16,599 bases of DNA from NCBI GenBank assembly GCA_041572575.1, contig JBFFSH010000057.1:1-16599 (forward strand), in the 5' to 3' direction. This stretch comes from Thermodesulfobacteriota bacterium. GTDB taxonomy: Bacteria; Desulfobacterota_D; UBA1144; Nemesobacterales; N074bin48. Below the pieces are notes generated by a model. It was not told the DNA's origin and ran no database searches. It saw nothing but the letters and a program-made list of their open reading frames with translations. The translations under genes and the position numbers were made by a program. This document shows positions 8,677 to 16,599 of this stretch, in pieces (positions within the stretch are counted from its first letter, which is position 1; every line of letters begins with the position of its first letter).

Positions 8677-9553
8677 GATATTTTGTGATTGATATAAGCG
8701 GCTGAGCGGAGCTTCCAAATTTATCAAGCTCAGATAGTGCTGTGCTCAGTAATTGCTCGACCTTTTCCCTTACATTTTCTATACCTATCACCGAAGGATA
8801 GGTCACTTTATTTTTTTTAATATCAACACCTGTGTCTTTACCCAGATCATCCCCACCTTCTATGTCCAGTACATCATCTATTATTTGATATGCAAGCCCC
8901 ATACAGTTTCCTATTTTACTAAAAGACTCCAATTGTTCTTCGTCAGCCCCGCCTATCCTTGCTCCTACTATTACTGAGCATCCTAGTAACGCCCCGGTTT
9001 TTAGTCCATGCATCTTCTCAACTATTTCTAAAGATATATCCTCTTTTCCCTCCAGATATAAATCCAGCGCCTGCCCGCCGATCATCCCCTCCGAGCCTGC
9101 AGCTCTGCTAATATCCTCAATGATTTTAAGTCCTGTATCTGCAGATACATCTGATTCAATAATACTTTTTGACAGCAAATGAAAGGCATCAGTAAGAAGT
9201 GCATCACCTGCGAGTACCGCGGTGGACTCTCCAAACACCTTGTGGTTTGTGGGTTTTCCTCTCCTAAAGGAATCATCATCCATGCACGGAAGGTCATCAT
9301 GTATGAGAGAGTATGTGTGAATCATTTCAAGCGCACATGCGACCGGGACGGCTTTCGAAGAATCTTGAACCAATGCTTCACAGGAAGCCAGACAGATTAT
9401 GGGTCTTAGCCTCTTGCCTCCGGCATTTATGCTATACAAGATGGATTCTTTGAGTGTTGCAAAGTCTGCGTTTAGACCGTTTACAAATGCAAGCAGTTCC
9501 TTATCGATTAATTCTTTTTTTGAAGTGAGATAAGAAGTGAGATCAAATGACAT
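8657..9553 (-). CDS. ispA: Farnesyl/geranylgeranyl diphosphate synthase
   Basis: GGKRLRP, FARM LIHDDLPCMDDDSFRRGKPT, AVLAGDAL, GGQALD, KTGAL, SARM YQIIDDVLD and KVTYP. Confidence 0.95.
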   Translation of the reverse strand: MSFDLTSYLTSKKELIDKELLAFVNGLNADFATLKESILYSINAGGKRLRPIICLASCEALVQDSSKAVPVACALEMIHTYSLIHDDLPCMDDDSFRRGKPTNHKVFGESTAVLAGDALLTDAFHLLSKSIIESDVSADTGLKIIEDISRAAGSEGMIGGQALDLYLEGKEDISLEIVEKMHGLKTGALLGCSVIVGARIGGADEEQLESFSKIGNCMGLAYQIIDDVLDIEGGDDLGKDTGVDIKKNKVTYPSVIGIENVREKVEQLLSTALSELDKFGSSAQPLISITKYLGSRKN

Positions 9554-9558
9554 TGTGA

Positions 9559-9780
9559 TTATTCGCTCGTATCAAAATCTTCTCTTTTGATTTTGCCGTC
9601 TGAGTCTTTGATTAAAATCTCAACTTTCTTTTCCATTTGGGAAAGTTTCTTATTGGCCGAATTTAGAATCTTTACTCCTTTTTCAAAAAGCGACAAGGAG
9701 TCTTCAAGCGGGATGTTTCCGGATTCGAGTTTATCAATTATATCTTTGAGCTCTTCAATCGATTTTTCAAATTTTTTCAC
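9559..9780 (-). CDS. xseB: Exodeoxyribonuclease VII small subunit
   Basis: FEKSIEELKDIIDKLESGNIPLEDSLSLFEKGV...L..MEKKVEIL, in the canonical position directly upstream of ispA. Confidence 0.95.
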   Translation of the reverse strand: MKKFEKSIEELKDIIDKLESGNIPLEDSLSLFEKGVKILNSANKKLSQMEKKVEILIKDSDGKIKREDFDTSE

Positions 9781-9800
9781 TATTTTTGTCCTGTTTATAC

Positions 9801-11651
9801 CTAAAAATATAGTTTCATAACCTCTTTATTAAAAAACCCGAATTCTGCAAGGTCATAATCCATGCTTCCGTAGACATATACCACAAGCTCATCACCTTTA
9901 TTTATAATTAGATTAGTTCTGCACAGGTGAGGAACCTTATCCTTTCCTTTCAGCAATATAATCGGGATAATGTTATCGGGAAGATCAAGCTCTTCAACTT
10001 TTTTCCCTGAGATTGATTCATCAATTTCAACCTTGTTCAGTATATATCTTAAATTTGCCGTAACCGATATAAGGTCTTCTAAATTCAGAGGTTTGCAAAA
10101 TGCCGCATCAAGTCCAAGCTTTGCAACAGTTTCCTTAGTCGCAATAGCCTTAAACTGATTTAGTAGTGGGAACACATTTTTAAGCCCATAATCAACCTTG
10201 GCAAGTCTGCACACAAGTGTGTTTACTTTATTACTTGTTGTGAGCGAAAGAAGTGTGCCTGTTTCAGCAATTCCAATTTTTTCCAAGTTATCAACATCCA
10301 GGCTGCTTCCTTCGATGACCTCAAACCCCTCCATTTCTGCAATTTTCGCATGGCTTTCGTTAGTATCAATAAAGCCAACTTCCTTGCCATGCTGTTTTAA
10401 AATTTTCCCAATCATTCTTCCAAATGAATTGGCTCCAACAATAATGACTTTCTTTTTTTCAACAATGAGATTAAGAAGTCCTGCAATCTTGTTTGCAGTA
10501 ACGCCCTGTAGAAGTACCGATATACCTATAGTTAGAAACACAAGGCCCTGAATAATGTCACCGCCAACAAGCCCCCTCTTATTAAGCTCTATAGCAAAAA
10601 TCGATGTTATAGATGCTGCAACAATCCCTCGGGGAGATATGTAAGATAAAAATGCTTTTTCTCTAAGATTAAGGCTCGAACCCCATGTTACCAAAAATAT
10701 CTGTACCGGTCTTACAACAAATATGATTGAAAATACTACAAGAAGCCCGCCAATACCAAGAGACGTTATGTACTCAAATTTGAGACTTGCAGCAAGCAGT
10801 ATAAAAAGAAATGATATTACAAAAATTGACAGCTTACCCTTAAATTTCTTAAGCGGTTCCTCTTCTGGAATTTCCATGTGCCCGAGCACTGCACCACAGG
10901 CTACGGCTGCCATAAGACCCGATTCGTGTAGCACAGATTCAGAGATTGCATAAACAGAAAGCGCCGCTGCCAGTACCATAAGTTCAATTATTTCTTCAAG
11001 CTCAATCGACCAGCGCAGTATGAACCTTCCTATTATGTAACCACCAACAATTCCGATAATCGCTCCAATTCCAAGTCTTACGAACACAAGCATAAAGCTG
11101 TAAATCAGTGAAGAAGATTCCTCAAGAACAATCTCCAGGACAAAAATTGCAATAATAGCACCAATGGGATCTATAAAAATCCCCTCAGACTCTAGAATAT
11201 TCCTTAGTTTTGAACCGACCTTAACTCTTCTTAACAGGGGTTGTATGACCGTAGGGCCTGTAACAATTACAAGGGAGCCAAAAAGAAGTGATAATGACCA
11301 GGTAAGTCCTAATATTAATTTAGTAAATATTGCGGTTAAAAAAAGTGTGATGAGACTTCCGGCGCTCAACAGGCGAAATATTACTTTTTGGTCTCTTTTA
11401 ATTTCGTCTTTATCAAGGTTAAGGCCTGCTTCAAACAGAATAATGGCAACGCACAGCTTTATTATTGCTTCAAAACCACCACCAAACATATGAGGATCTA
11501 AAAAGCCCAGAACCTCGGGGCCTATAATGATGCCCATGATTAGCAAGGGAACGATGCTTGGTATTCCCAAAAAAGCGGCTCCGATTTGCGATATAATTCC
11601 AGCCGCAATCGAGATTACTGTCATCCATAATAAACCTTCACTACTATCCAA
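9801..11651 (-). CDS. CPA1 (NhaP-type) cation:proton antiporter with C-terminal TrkA-N/TrkA-C (RCK) domains
   Basis: Many TM segments with IPSIVPLL..GII.GP, ILFEAGL, VTGPTVI, ESEGIFIDPIG, ESGL and PRGIVAA. The soluble tail has a Rossmann-like IVGANSFG motif. TTG start with GGAG RBS. Confidence 0.9.
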   Translation of the reverse strand: MDSSEGLLWMTVISIAAGIISQIGAAFLGIPSIVPLLIMGIIIGPEVLGFLDPHMFGGGFEAIIKLCVAIILFEAGLNLDKDEIKRDQKVIFRLLSAGSLITLFLTAIFTKLILGLTWSLSLLFGSLVIVTGPTVIQPLLRRVKVGSKLRNILESEGIFIDPIGAIIAIFVLEIVLEESSSLIYSFMLVFVRLGIGAIIGIVGGYIIGRFILRWSIELEEIIELMVLAAALSVYAISESVLHESGLMAAVACGAVLGHMEIPEEEPLKKFKGKLSIFVISFLFILLAASLKFEYITSLGIGGLLVVFSIIFVVRPVQIFLVTWGSSLNLREKAFLSYISPRGIVAASITSIFAIELNKRGLVGGDIIQGLVFLTIGISVLLQGVTANKIAGLLNLIVEKKKVIIVGANSFGRMIGKILKQHGKEVGFIDTNESHAKIAEMEGFEVIEGSSLDVDNLEKIGIAETGTLLSLTTSNKVNTLVCRLAKVDYGLKNVFPLLNQFKAIATKETVAKLGLDAAFCKPLNLEDLISVTANLRYILNKVEIDESISGKKVEELDLPDNIIPIILLKGKDKVPHLCRTNLIINKGDELVVYVYGSMDYDLAEFGFFNKEVMKLYF

Positions 11652-11814
11652 ATCAACACTCCAATAGTATAATTGTTTAAAGACCTACAAAGATTGATAA
11701 CCGAGGCAGATTCAAAAAATCCCAAATGTAATTTTAATGTGATATTATAGTGCTGTAAACAAAAAATTTTAGATAATTACTCAATCAATCTAAAAACTGA
11801 AAAAAGGAGTCATA

Positions 11815-12582
11815 ATGGAATTCAAGGATAAAGTCGTGATCGTGACAGGAGCAGGAACAGGAATTGGTAAGGAAATTGCTACCGAATTTGCAAAATTGGG
11901 CGCAAAAATAGCAATAGCCGGAAGAAGAATGAGCAAGCTCGGTGAGGTTAAAAAGATTATTGAAAAGAATTCGGGCACTTGCCTAACCATTCAGGCAGAT
12001 GTGTCCAAGGTTAGCGATACCAAGAATATAGTTACTCAAACTAAAAAAGTGTTTGGCGGGATTGATATACTGGTTAATAACGCTGGAGTCTATATTCCAA
12101 ACCCTATTAGTAATGTAACTGAAAAAGAATATGACAAGGTTATGGATATAAATATGAAAGGCACATATTTCCTTACAAAACATGCCCTGCCAGAGCTTAA
12201 AAAGTCTAAAGACAGTAAAATAATGAATATAGCAAGCCTATCGGGTTTAAAAGGGATAAGAAATGTAAGAAACACGGTTTACTCCTCGTCAAAAGCCGCC
12301 ATGATTCTTTTTACAAAAACACTTGCGCTCGAGCTTGCTGAAGATGGCATATGCGTAAACTGCATATGCCCGGCAGTAGTCGAAACAGAGATTTTTTAAA
12401 CATTTGGTATACCAAAAAAGGATATTCCAAAACGAATGAAACAGTGGAAGAACTTCCAGCCGCTTGGAAGAAACGGCACTCCACAAGAAATTGCAAAAGC
12501 TGCAACCTATCTCTGCTCACCCGATGCAGCCTGGATCACTGGTTCAGTTTTCACAATGGACGGCGGGGCTATGGCGGAATAG
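11815..12582 (+). pseudogene. SDR family NAD(P)-dependent oxidoreductase (FabG-like), interrupted by an in-frame TAA at 12397-12399 (real nonsense mutation or sequence error)
   Basis: TGAGTGIG, NNAG, YSSSK and VNCICP motifs. After the TAA the same frame continues TFGIPKK...[41 protein letters not shown] to TAG at 12580-12582, a typical SDR C-terminus (255 aa if read through). AGGAG RBS upstream. Confidence 0.88.
12555..12582 (+). repeat. Direct repeat copy 1 (3' end of the SDR gene)
   Basis: AATGGACGGCGGGGCTATGGCGGAATAG; 23 of the first 26 nt are identical to 13207-13232. Confidence 0.85.
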
Positions 12583-12590
12583 GTATATAC

Positions 12591-12637
12591 TAGACTTTGC
12601 ATCCTATGTGTATTATAATAGCTATATATATCCACAT
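12591..12637 (+). promoter_or_regulatory. Sigma-70 promoter of the TA operon overlapped by an imperfect palindromic operator
   Basis: TAGACT (12591-12596), 17-bp spacer, TATAAT (12614-12619). Inverted repeat ATGTG (12606-12610) / CACAT (12633-12637) is centred on the palindrome ATAGCTAT. RBS GAGGTG at 12640-12645. Confidence 0.6.
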
Positions 12638-12651
12638 TAGAGGTGCTTTAC

Positions 12652-12885
12652 ATGAAAACAGTACAAATGACTCTTGATGAAGACTTAGTTAATAAAGTAG
12701 ATAAGTTGGTTAAAAAACTTGATACCACCAGGTCCGAATTCACAAGAAATGCTCTGAGAGAAGCTATAAGGAAATATAATATTTCCAAGCTTGAAGATAA
12801 ACATACTAAGGGTTATAAAAATCATCCTATCAGCAAAGATGAATTTGAGATTTGGGAAAATGAGCAGGTATGGGGCGACGAGTGA
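12652..12885 (+). CDS. CopG/ribbon-helix-helix antitoxin
   Basis: MKTVQMTLDEDLVNKVD...TTRSEFTRNALR matches an RHH fold, with an acidic C-terminus (GYKNHP...EFEIWENEQVW). The ATG at 12652 is spaced correctly from GAGGTG, and the stop overlaps the toxin start (GTGA). Confidence 0.88.
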   Translation: MKTVQMTLDEDLVNKVDKLVKKLDTTRSEFTRNALREAIRKYNISKLEDKHTKGYKNHPISKDEFEIWENEQVWGDE

Positions 12886-13193
12886 AAAAAGGTGAAATAA
12901 GGTGGTACAAATTCAAACCACCAGATAAAAAAAGACCTGTATTAATTCTTACTCGAAATTCCATTATAGATCACCTAAATGAAGTTACAATAGCACCTAT
13001 CACATCAACTATAAGAGACATACCAACAGAAATATTGCTTACTAAAGCTGATGGCCTTAAAAATGACTGTGCAATAAATTTTGACCACATCCAAACGGTT
13101 TCTAAAAATAAGATAGGATCAGTCATAACAAACCTTTCTGATGCAAAACAAGAACAAATCAAAAATGCCGTAATGTTTGCTTTTGATTTGTAG
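12882..13193 (+). CDS. mazF: Type II TA toxin, PemK/MazF family endoribonuclease
   Basis: KKGEIRW...DKKRPVLILT...VTIAPITST...GL..DCAINFDHIQTV.K..IG. GTG start at 12882 is coupled to the antitoxin stop. Confidence 0.9.
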   Translation: MKKGEIRWYKFKPPDKKRPVLILTRNSIIDHLNEVTIAPITSTIRDIPTEILLTKADGLKNDCAINFDHIQTVSKNKIGSVITNLSDAKQEQIKNAVMFAFDL

Positions 13194-13206
13194 GTACAAT
13201 AAAAAG

Positions 13207-13234
13207 AATAGACGGTGGGGCTATGGCGGAGTGA
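13207..13234 (+). repeat. Direct repeat copy 2 (orphan copy of the SDR 3' end, encoding IDGGAMAE*)
   Basis: AATAGACGGTGGGGCTATGGCGGAGTGA, 652 bp downstream of copy 1. Mismatches fall at third codon positions, and the stop is TGA instead of TAG. Confidence 0.85.
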
Positions 13235-13250
13235 TGTAATTTTTCAGATA

Positions 13251-13628
13251 ATGACAGAACTTGTAATTGATAAACTAGCCAATGCATATGTAAATTACTA
13301 TAAGTCTAAAAAACATTCCACCAAGAACCCTAATTGGTGGGCTGTTGAAAAGTTTATGCATGTTGGAACTGAAGAACTATCCGCAGCTGACTGTCTATCA
13401 GCTATATTGAATATATTATCAAAAAATCCATCCGATAAAGTAATTGCAATACTAGCGGCAGGTCCTCTGGAAGATCTAATTCACGAGTGTGGGGAGCAGG
13501 TTATAGATGATATAGAAAAACTTGCCAGACAAAATCCGAAATTCAGGCATCTTCTTGGAGGTGTTTGGGAAAGCAGCACACCTGAGATATGGTCAAGAGT
13601 TTTAGCCTGTCGTAGTGAAGTGTGGTGA
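13251..13628 (+). CDS. Hypothetical protein, DUF6869-like
   Basis: LAAGPLEDLI..G..VID.IE..AR.NP.FR.LLGGVW pattern, recalled for DUF6869. ATG 13251 is preferred because the track's GTG at 13215 lies inside the repeat. Confidence 0.7.
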   Translation: MTELVIDKLANAYVNYYKSKKHSTKNPNWWAVEKFMHVGTEELSAADCLSAILNILSKNPSDKVIAILAAGPLEDLIHECGEQVIDDIEKLARQNPKFRHLLGGVWESSTPEIWSRVLACRSEVW

Positions 13629-13631
13629 TTT

Positions 13632-14168
13632 ATGCTTATTTCAGAGTTTGGAGAAAATACAACTGGTACTATAGATGAAGCACAATCAACATTTGTTAAA
13701 TTCACAGATTCAAAGTCTGGGTACACGTTCAAAATAGAATACAGAGATAAACAAGAGTACTATATCAAACCCGGATCATTTCGTGGTATTTCAATAGTCA
13801 ATAAACATCCTTTACTTGAACAGCATGAATACTCTTACACAAATCTATATATTTCCAGTGCATCTAAAGAGTACGAAATTGTTGATACTAAAATTGAGGA
13901 TGCAATATATGAACACTACAATGGATGGAGAGGAATTAAAAACTACTGCAATATATCATATGGAGTGGAGAAGATATTAAAACAAGGATCAGGTTTATTG
14001 TATGAGGGACCGCCATCAGGAGCAGAAGTTGTAAATAATGTATTAAAAGAATACAATATTTTATACAGCTCAACCAGTGAAGGTAAGCCGAACGGTCAAA
14101 AATATAAGGTTTTGTTTTTAGGCAGTAACTTTGTAGTTGCTCGTGATTTTGAAGTTGTTTTATTATAA
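13632..14168 (+). CDS. Hypothetical protein
   Basis: 178-aa ORF with ATG 3 nt after the preceding stop; no recognised motif. Confidence 0.7.
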   Translation: MLISEFGENTTGTIDEAQSTFVKFTDSKSGYTFKIEYRDKQEYYIKPGSFRGISIVNKHPLLEQHEYSYTNLYISSASKEYEIVDTKIEDAIYEHYNGWRGIKNYCNISYGVEKILKQGSGLLYEGPPSGAEVVNNVLKEYNILYSSTSEGKPNGQKYKVLFLGSNFVVARDFEVVLL

Positions 14169-14179
14169 TAATTGATCAT

Positions 14180-14572
14180 ATGAAACAAGAATTAATATAT
14201 GTTGAATTAAAATCTGGACATAGTGACAACGGCCCTGCATGGATAGGATATAAAGGTTCATCAAAATCAGGTGCAACTATTTATTTTAATGGAATGGCAT
14301 TCAAGAGTCTTAAGGGCACTGGTATTGGCGCCAATTATTACGAATGCGAGACTGGTGATCAATATTGGATATCCGGCGTGAAAAAGAATGGGAGTGATCG
14401 CCACTGGGCTGGCAATGGCGATATACTTATTGATAAGAATGCTGTTAAAGACTACCTAGATATTAGAGGTCTTCGAGCTTTACCGAAAACTTTGGTTCCA
14501 ATTGAACTTAAGCCCTCCGTACCAAGCTTAGATTTTCTAGAAAATGAAAATATGGTAAAAGATTTTGAGTAA
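14180..14572 (+). CDS. Conserved hypothetical protein (YxELKxGxxDxGPAWIG family)
   Basis: YVELKSGHSDNGPAWIG...SKSG.TIYFNG...NYYECETGDQYWISGVKKNGSDRHWAG is a recognisable widespread small-protein family of unknown function. Confidence 0.75.
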   Translation: MKQELIYVELKSGHSDNGPAWIGYKGSSKSGATIYFNGMAFKSLKGTGIGANYYECETGDQYWISGVKKNGSDRHWAGNGDILIDKNAVKDYLDIRGLRALPKTLVPIELKPSVPSLDFLENENMVKDFE

Positions 14573-15061
14573 ATGAAACCGCCAATCGGAAAAGTTTTAC
14601 TTTTTCTTAGCACTGATTCAGGAGATCCGTCAGATTGTATTAGCTGGGCAGAGGAAGCTTTACATAATGGATTCGACAGCCCAAGCCTGAGAATATTAGC
14701 AGGCTTGGATAAGCCTCTAAATTCATTTGAAGTCAATGAATATACAACACGAGCACTACATGAGCTGAATATTAAAATCCCTTCAGAATCAGAAGCAGTG
14801 GATGAATATGCAAGTGAACTAGTTCTATTAATTATTGACCATCCCGAGCGTATGAGAGATGTATTAAAATTATTATCAGATCTAGCTATATCAACAGAAT
14901 TTCAGGATAACATTTTTGATTATTATCTTCTTAATGGGGCTTATGAAGATTTAGATATTAAGGATGTTCAATATTATTGGGAAGGAGCAAATAAGAAGAA
15001 CATAGAACAAATAGTGTTGGATAGATGTAAAAGCTGGATTGAGGAATATAACAAAAATTAG
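14573..15061 (+). CDS. Hypothetical protein (acidic, helical; immunity-like appearance)
   Basis: 162-aa ORF starting immediately after the upstream TAA, with a WA...L..GFDSPSLRILAGL pattern. Confidence 0.7.
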   Translation: MKPPIGKVLLFLSTDSGDPSDCISWAEEALHNGFDSPSLRILAGLDKPLNSFEVNEYTTRALHELNIKIPSESEAVDEYASELVLLIIDHPERMRDVLKLLSDLAISTEFQDNIFDYYLLNGAYEDLDIKDVQYYWEGANKKNIEQIVLDRCKSWIEEYNKN

Positions 15062-15095
15062 TAGATCAGAAAAATGATTGATAGCCTTCTAATTC

Positions 15096-16580
15096 TTACG
15101 GCAAATCAGTGCTGCCCATAAGGTAACGGTCGCATTCTCTTGCGGCTTCTCTGCCTTCGTTTATTGCCCAGACTATAAGGCTCTGACCTCTTCTTGCATC
15201 ACCCGCGGCAAATACTCCCTCAATATTGGTCATGTACTTACCATACTCTGCCCTTATGTTTGACCTTGGGCCGGTATCCACATTAAGCTCTTCAATGAGC
15301 GGCTGTTCCGGGCCTAAGAATCCTAGCGCCAAAAACACTTGCTGTGCAGGCCATACCTTTTCAGTACCGGGAATATCAAACATAGTCAGATGGCCTTTGT
15401 CGTTCTTGCCCCATTTAATATCAACCGTATGCAGCTCTTTTACATTACCTTTATCATCGCCAACGAACTTAACCGTAGATACCTGATAATGCCTCGGGTC
15501 GTCACCAAATATTGCCTTTGCCTCTTCCTGACCGTAGCTAAGCTCATATACACGGGGCCACTGCGGCCATGGATTTTCAGGCGCTCTCTGCAGCGGTGGC
15601 TTTCCAAGTATTTCAAACTGAAAGAGGCTATTGCATCCGTGCCTCATGGAAGTTGCAACACAGTCAGTTCCCGTGTCCCCTCCGCCTATTACAATTACAT
15701 CTTTATCTTTTGCAGATATGTAATTTCCATCTTCAAGGTTACTGTCTAAAAGGCTCTTGGTGTTTGCATGCAGAAACTCCATGGCAAAGTGAATACCTTT
15801 TAGTTCTCTTCCGGGAATATCCAAATCTCTTGGCTTGGTTGCTCCTGTACAGATTACAACCGCATCGAAATCTCGGGTTAATATTTCGGCAGGAAGTTCT
15901 TTTCCGATCTCTGTGTTTGTCTTAAAAATCACCCCTTCTTCTGCCATAAGGTCCACCCTTCTCTGTACTACAGACTTTTCGAGATGAGGATTTGGAATAC
16001 CGTACATTAAAAGACCGCCAATCCTGTCATGACGCTCAAATACAGTTACCAGATGACCGGCTTTATTAAGCTGAGCTGCGCAGGCAAGCCCCGCTGGCCC
16101 TGAGCCTATTACCGCTACTTTCTTACCGGTTCTTATCTTTGGTGGTTCAGGTACAACCCACCCTTCTTCAAATCCTTTATCGATAATAGCAACTTCAATA
16201 CTTTTAATTGTTACAGCAGGATCGTTAATCCCAAGCACACATGCTCCCTCGCATGGAGCAGGGCACACCCTGCCAGTAAACTCTGGAAAATTATTTGTCT
16301 TATGAAGCCTCTCGAGCGCCTCTTTCCACTGACCCCTGTATACAAGGTCGTTCCATTCAGGAATTAGATTATTAATCGGACATCCCGATGTCATACCACT
16401 TATTATTTGACCAGTCTGACAAAAAGGCACGCCGCAGTCCATACATCTTGACCCTTGTTCTTTTAGTCCGTTTTCAGGCAAATGTCCGTGAAACTCATTC
16501 CAGTCATTTATCCTTTTTTTGGGCGACCTGTCTTTGCCAAGCTCCCTTTTGTGCTCCATAAATCCCGAGGGATTACCCAT
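15096..16580 (-). CDS. gltD: Glutamate synthase small (beta) subunit
   Basis: [58 protein letters not shown] and [29 protein letters not shown] at 16590-16594 on the minus strand. Confidence 0.97.
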   Translation of the reverse strand: MGNPSGFMEHKRELGKDRSPKKRINDWNEFHGHLPENGLKEQGSRCMDCGVPFCQTGQIISGMTSGCPINNLIPEWNDLVYRGQWKEALERLHKTNNFPEFTGRVCPAPCEGACVLGINDPAVTIKSIEVAIIDKGFEEGWVVPEPPKIRTGKKVAVIGSGPAGLACAAQLNKAGHLVTVFERHDRIGGLLMYGIPNPHLEKSVVQRRVDLMAEEGVIFKTNTEIGKELPAEILTRDFDAVVICTGATKPRDLDIPGRELKGIHFAMEFLHANTKSLLDSNLEDGNYISAKDKDVIVIGGGDTGTDCVATSMRHGCNSLFQFEILGKPPLQRAPENPWPQWPRVYELSYGQEEAKAIFGDDPRHYQVSTVKFVGDDKGNVKELHTVDIKWGKNDKGHLTMFDIPGTEKVWPAQQVFLALGFLGPEQPLIEELNVDTGPRSNIRAEYGKYMTNIEGVFAAGDARRGQSLIVWAINEGREAARECDRYLMGSTDLP

Positions 16581-16599
16581 ACAACAAAACCTCCAAAAT

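Noticed and set aside
7317..11493. Antisense ORFs over tal, tlyA, ispA, xseB and the antiporter
   Set aside because: They fully overlap well-recognised genes and encode no recognisable products.
12351..12593. 80-aa + strand ORF as a frameshifted continuation of the SDR
   Set aside because: The SDR C-terminal motifs are in the original frame past the TAA; this ORF is in another frame and has no SDR features.
13215..13250. GTG start and N-terminal extension MGLWRSDVIFQI of the DUF6869-like ORF
   Set aside because: The GTG lies within the duplicated SDR 3' end; ATG 13251 is more plausible.
14180..14572. Possible DXP synthase label (I recall this family sometimes being annotated that way), tempting because dxs is missing from the ispA operon
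   Set aside because: At 130 aa with no ThDP-binding motif it cannot be Dxs, which is ~620 aa.
13194..15095. Integron attC sites or CRISPR repeats in the accessory tract
   Set aside because: Intergenic gaps are too short for attC hairpins, no RYYYAAC...GTTRRRY pairs were found, and there are no regularly spaced repeats.
15226..15925. + strand ORFs within gltD
   Set aside because: They are antisense shadows of a highly conserved gene.

Overview
AT-rich bacterial window with four parts. (1) 211-1325: a lasso-peptide-type precursor followed by an HPr-kinase-like P-loop kinase. No lasso cyclase, RRE or B2 peptidase is present in the window. (2) 1705-7115: one ~1,800-aa secreted multidomain protein, split by a frameshift near 3775-3780. 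It carries a proprotein-convertase P-domain, two SdrD-B-like domains, an Ig-like PVxL module and a C-terminal C25 (gingipain/PorU-type) cysteine peptidase with an intact His/Cys dyad. It is preceded by a sigma-54-type promoter and followed by an intrinsic terminator. (3) 7264-12582: housekeeping genes, namely transaldolase converging on an antiporter-xseB-ispA-tlyA operon, and a divergent SDR oxidoreductase interrupted by one in-frame TAA. (4) 12583-15095: an accessory tract between the SDR gene and gltD. An RHH-antitoxin/MazF-PemK-toxin module is bracketed by a duplicate of the last 9 codons of the SDR gene, with mismatches almost all at third codon positions, and is followed by four tightly packed small hypothetical genes. 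gltD (15096-16580, minus strand) closes the window. All family calls come from motif recognition; no database searches were run.
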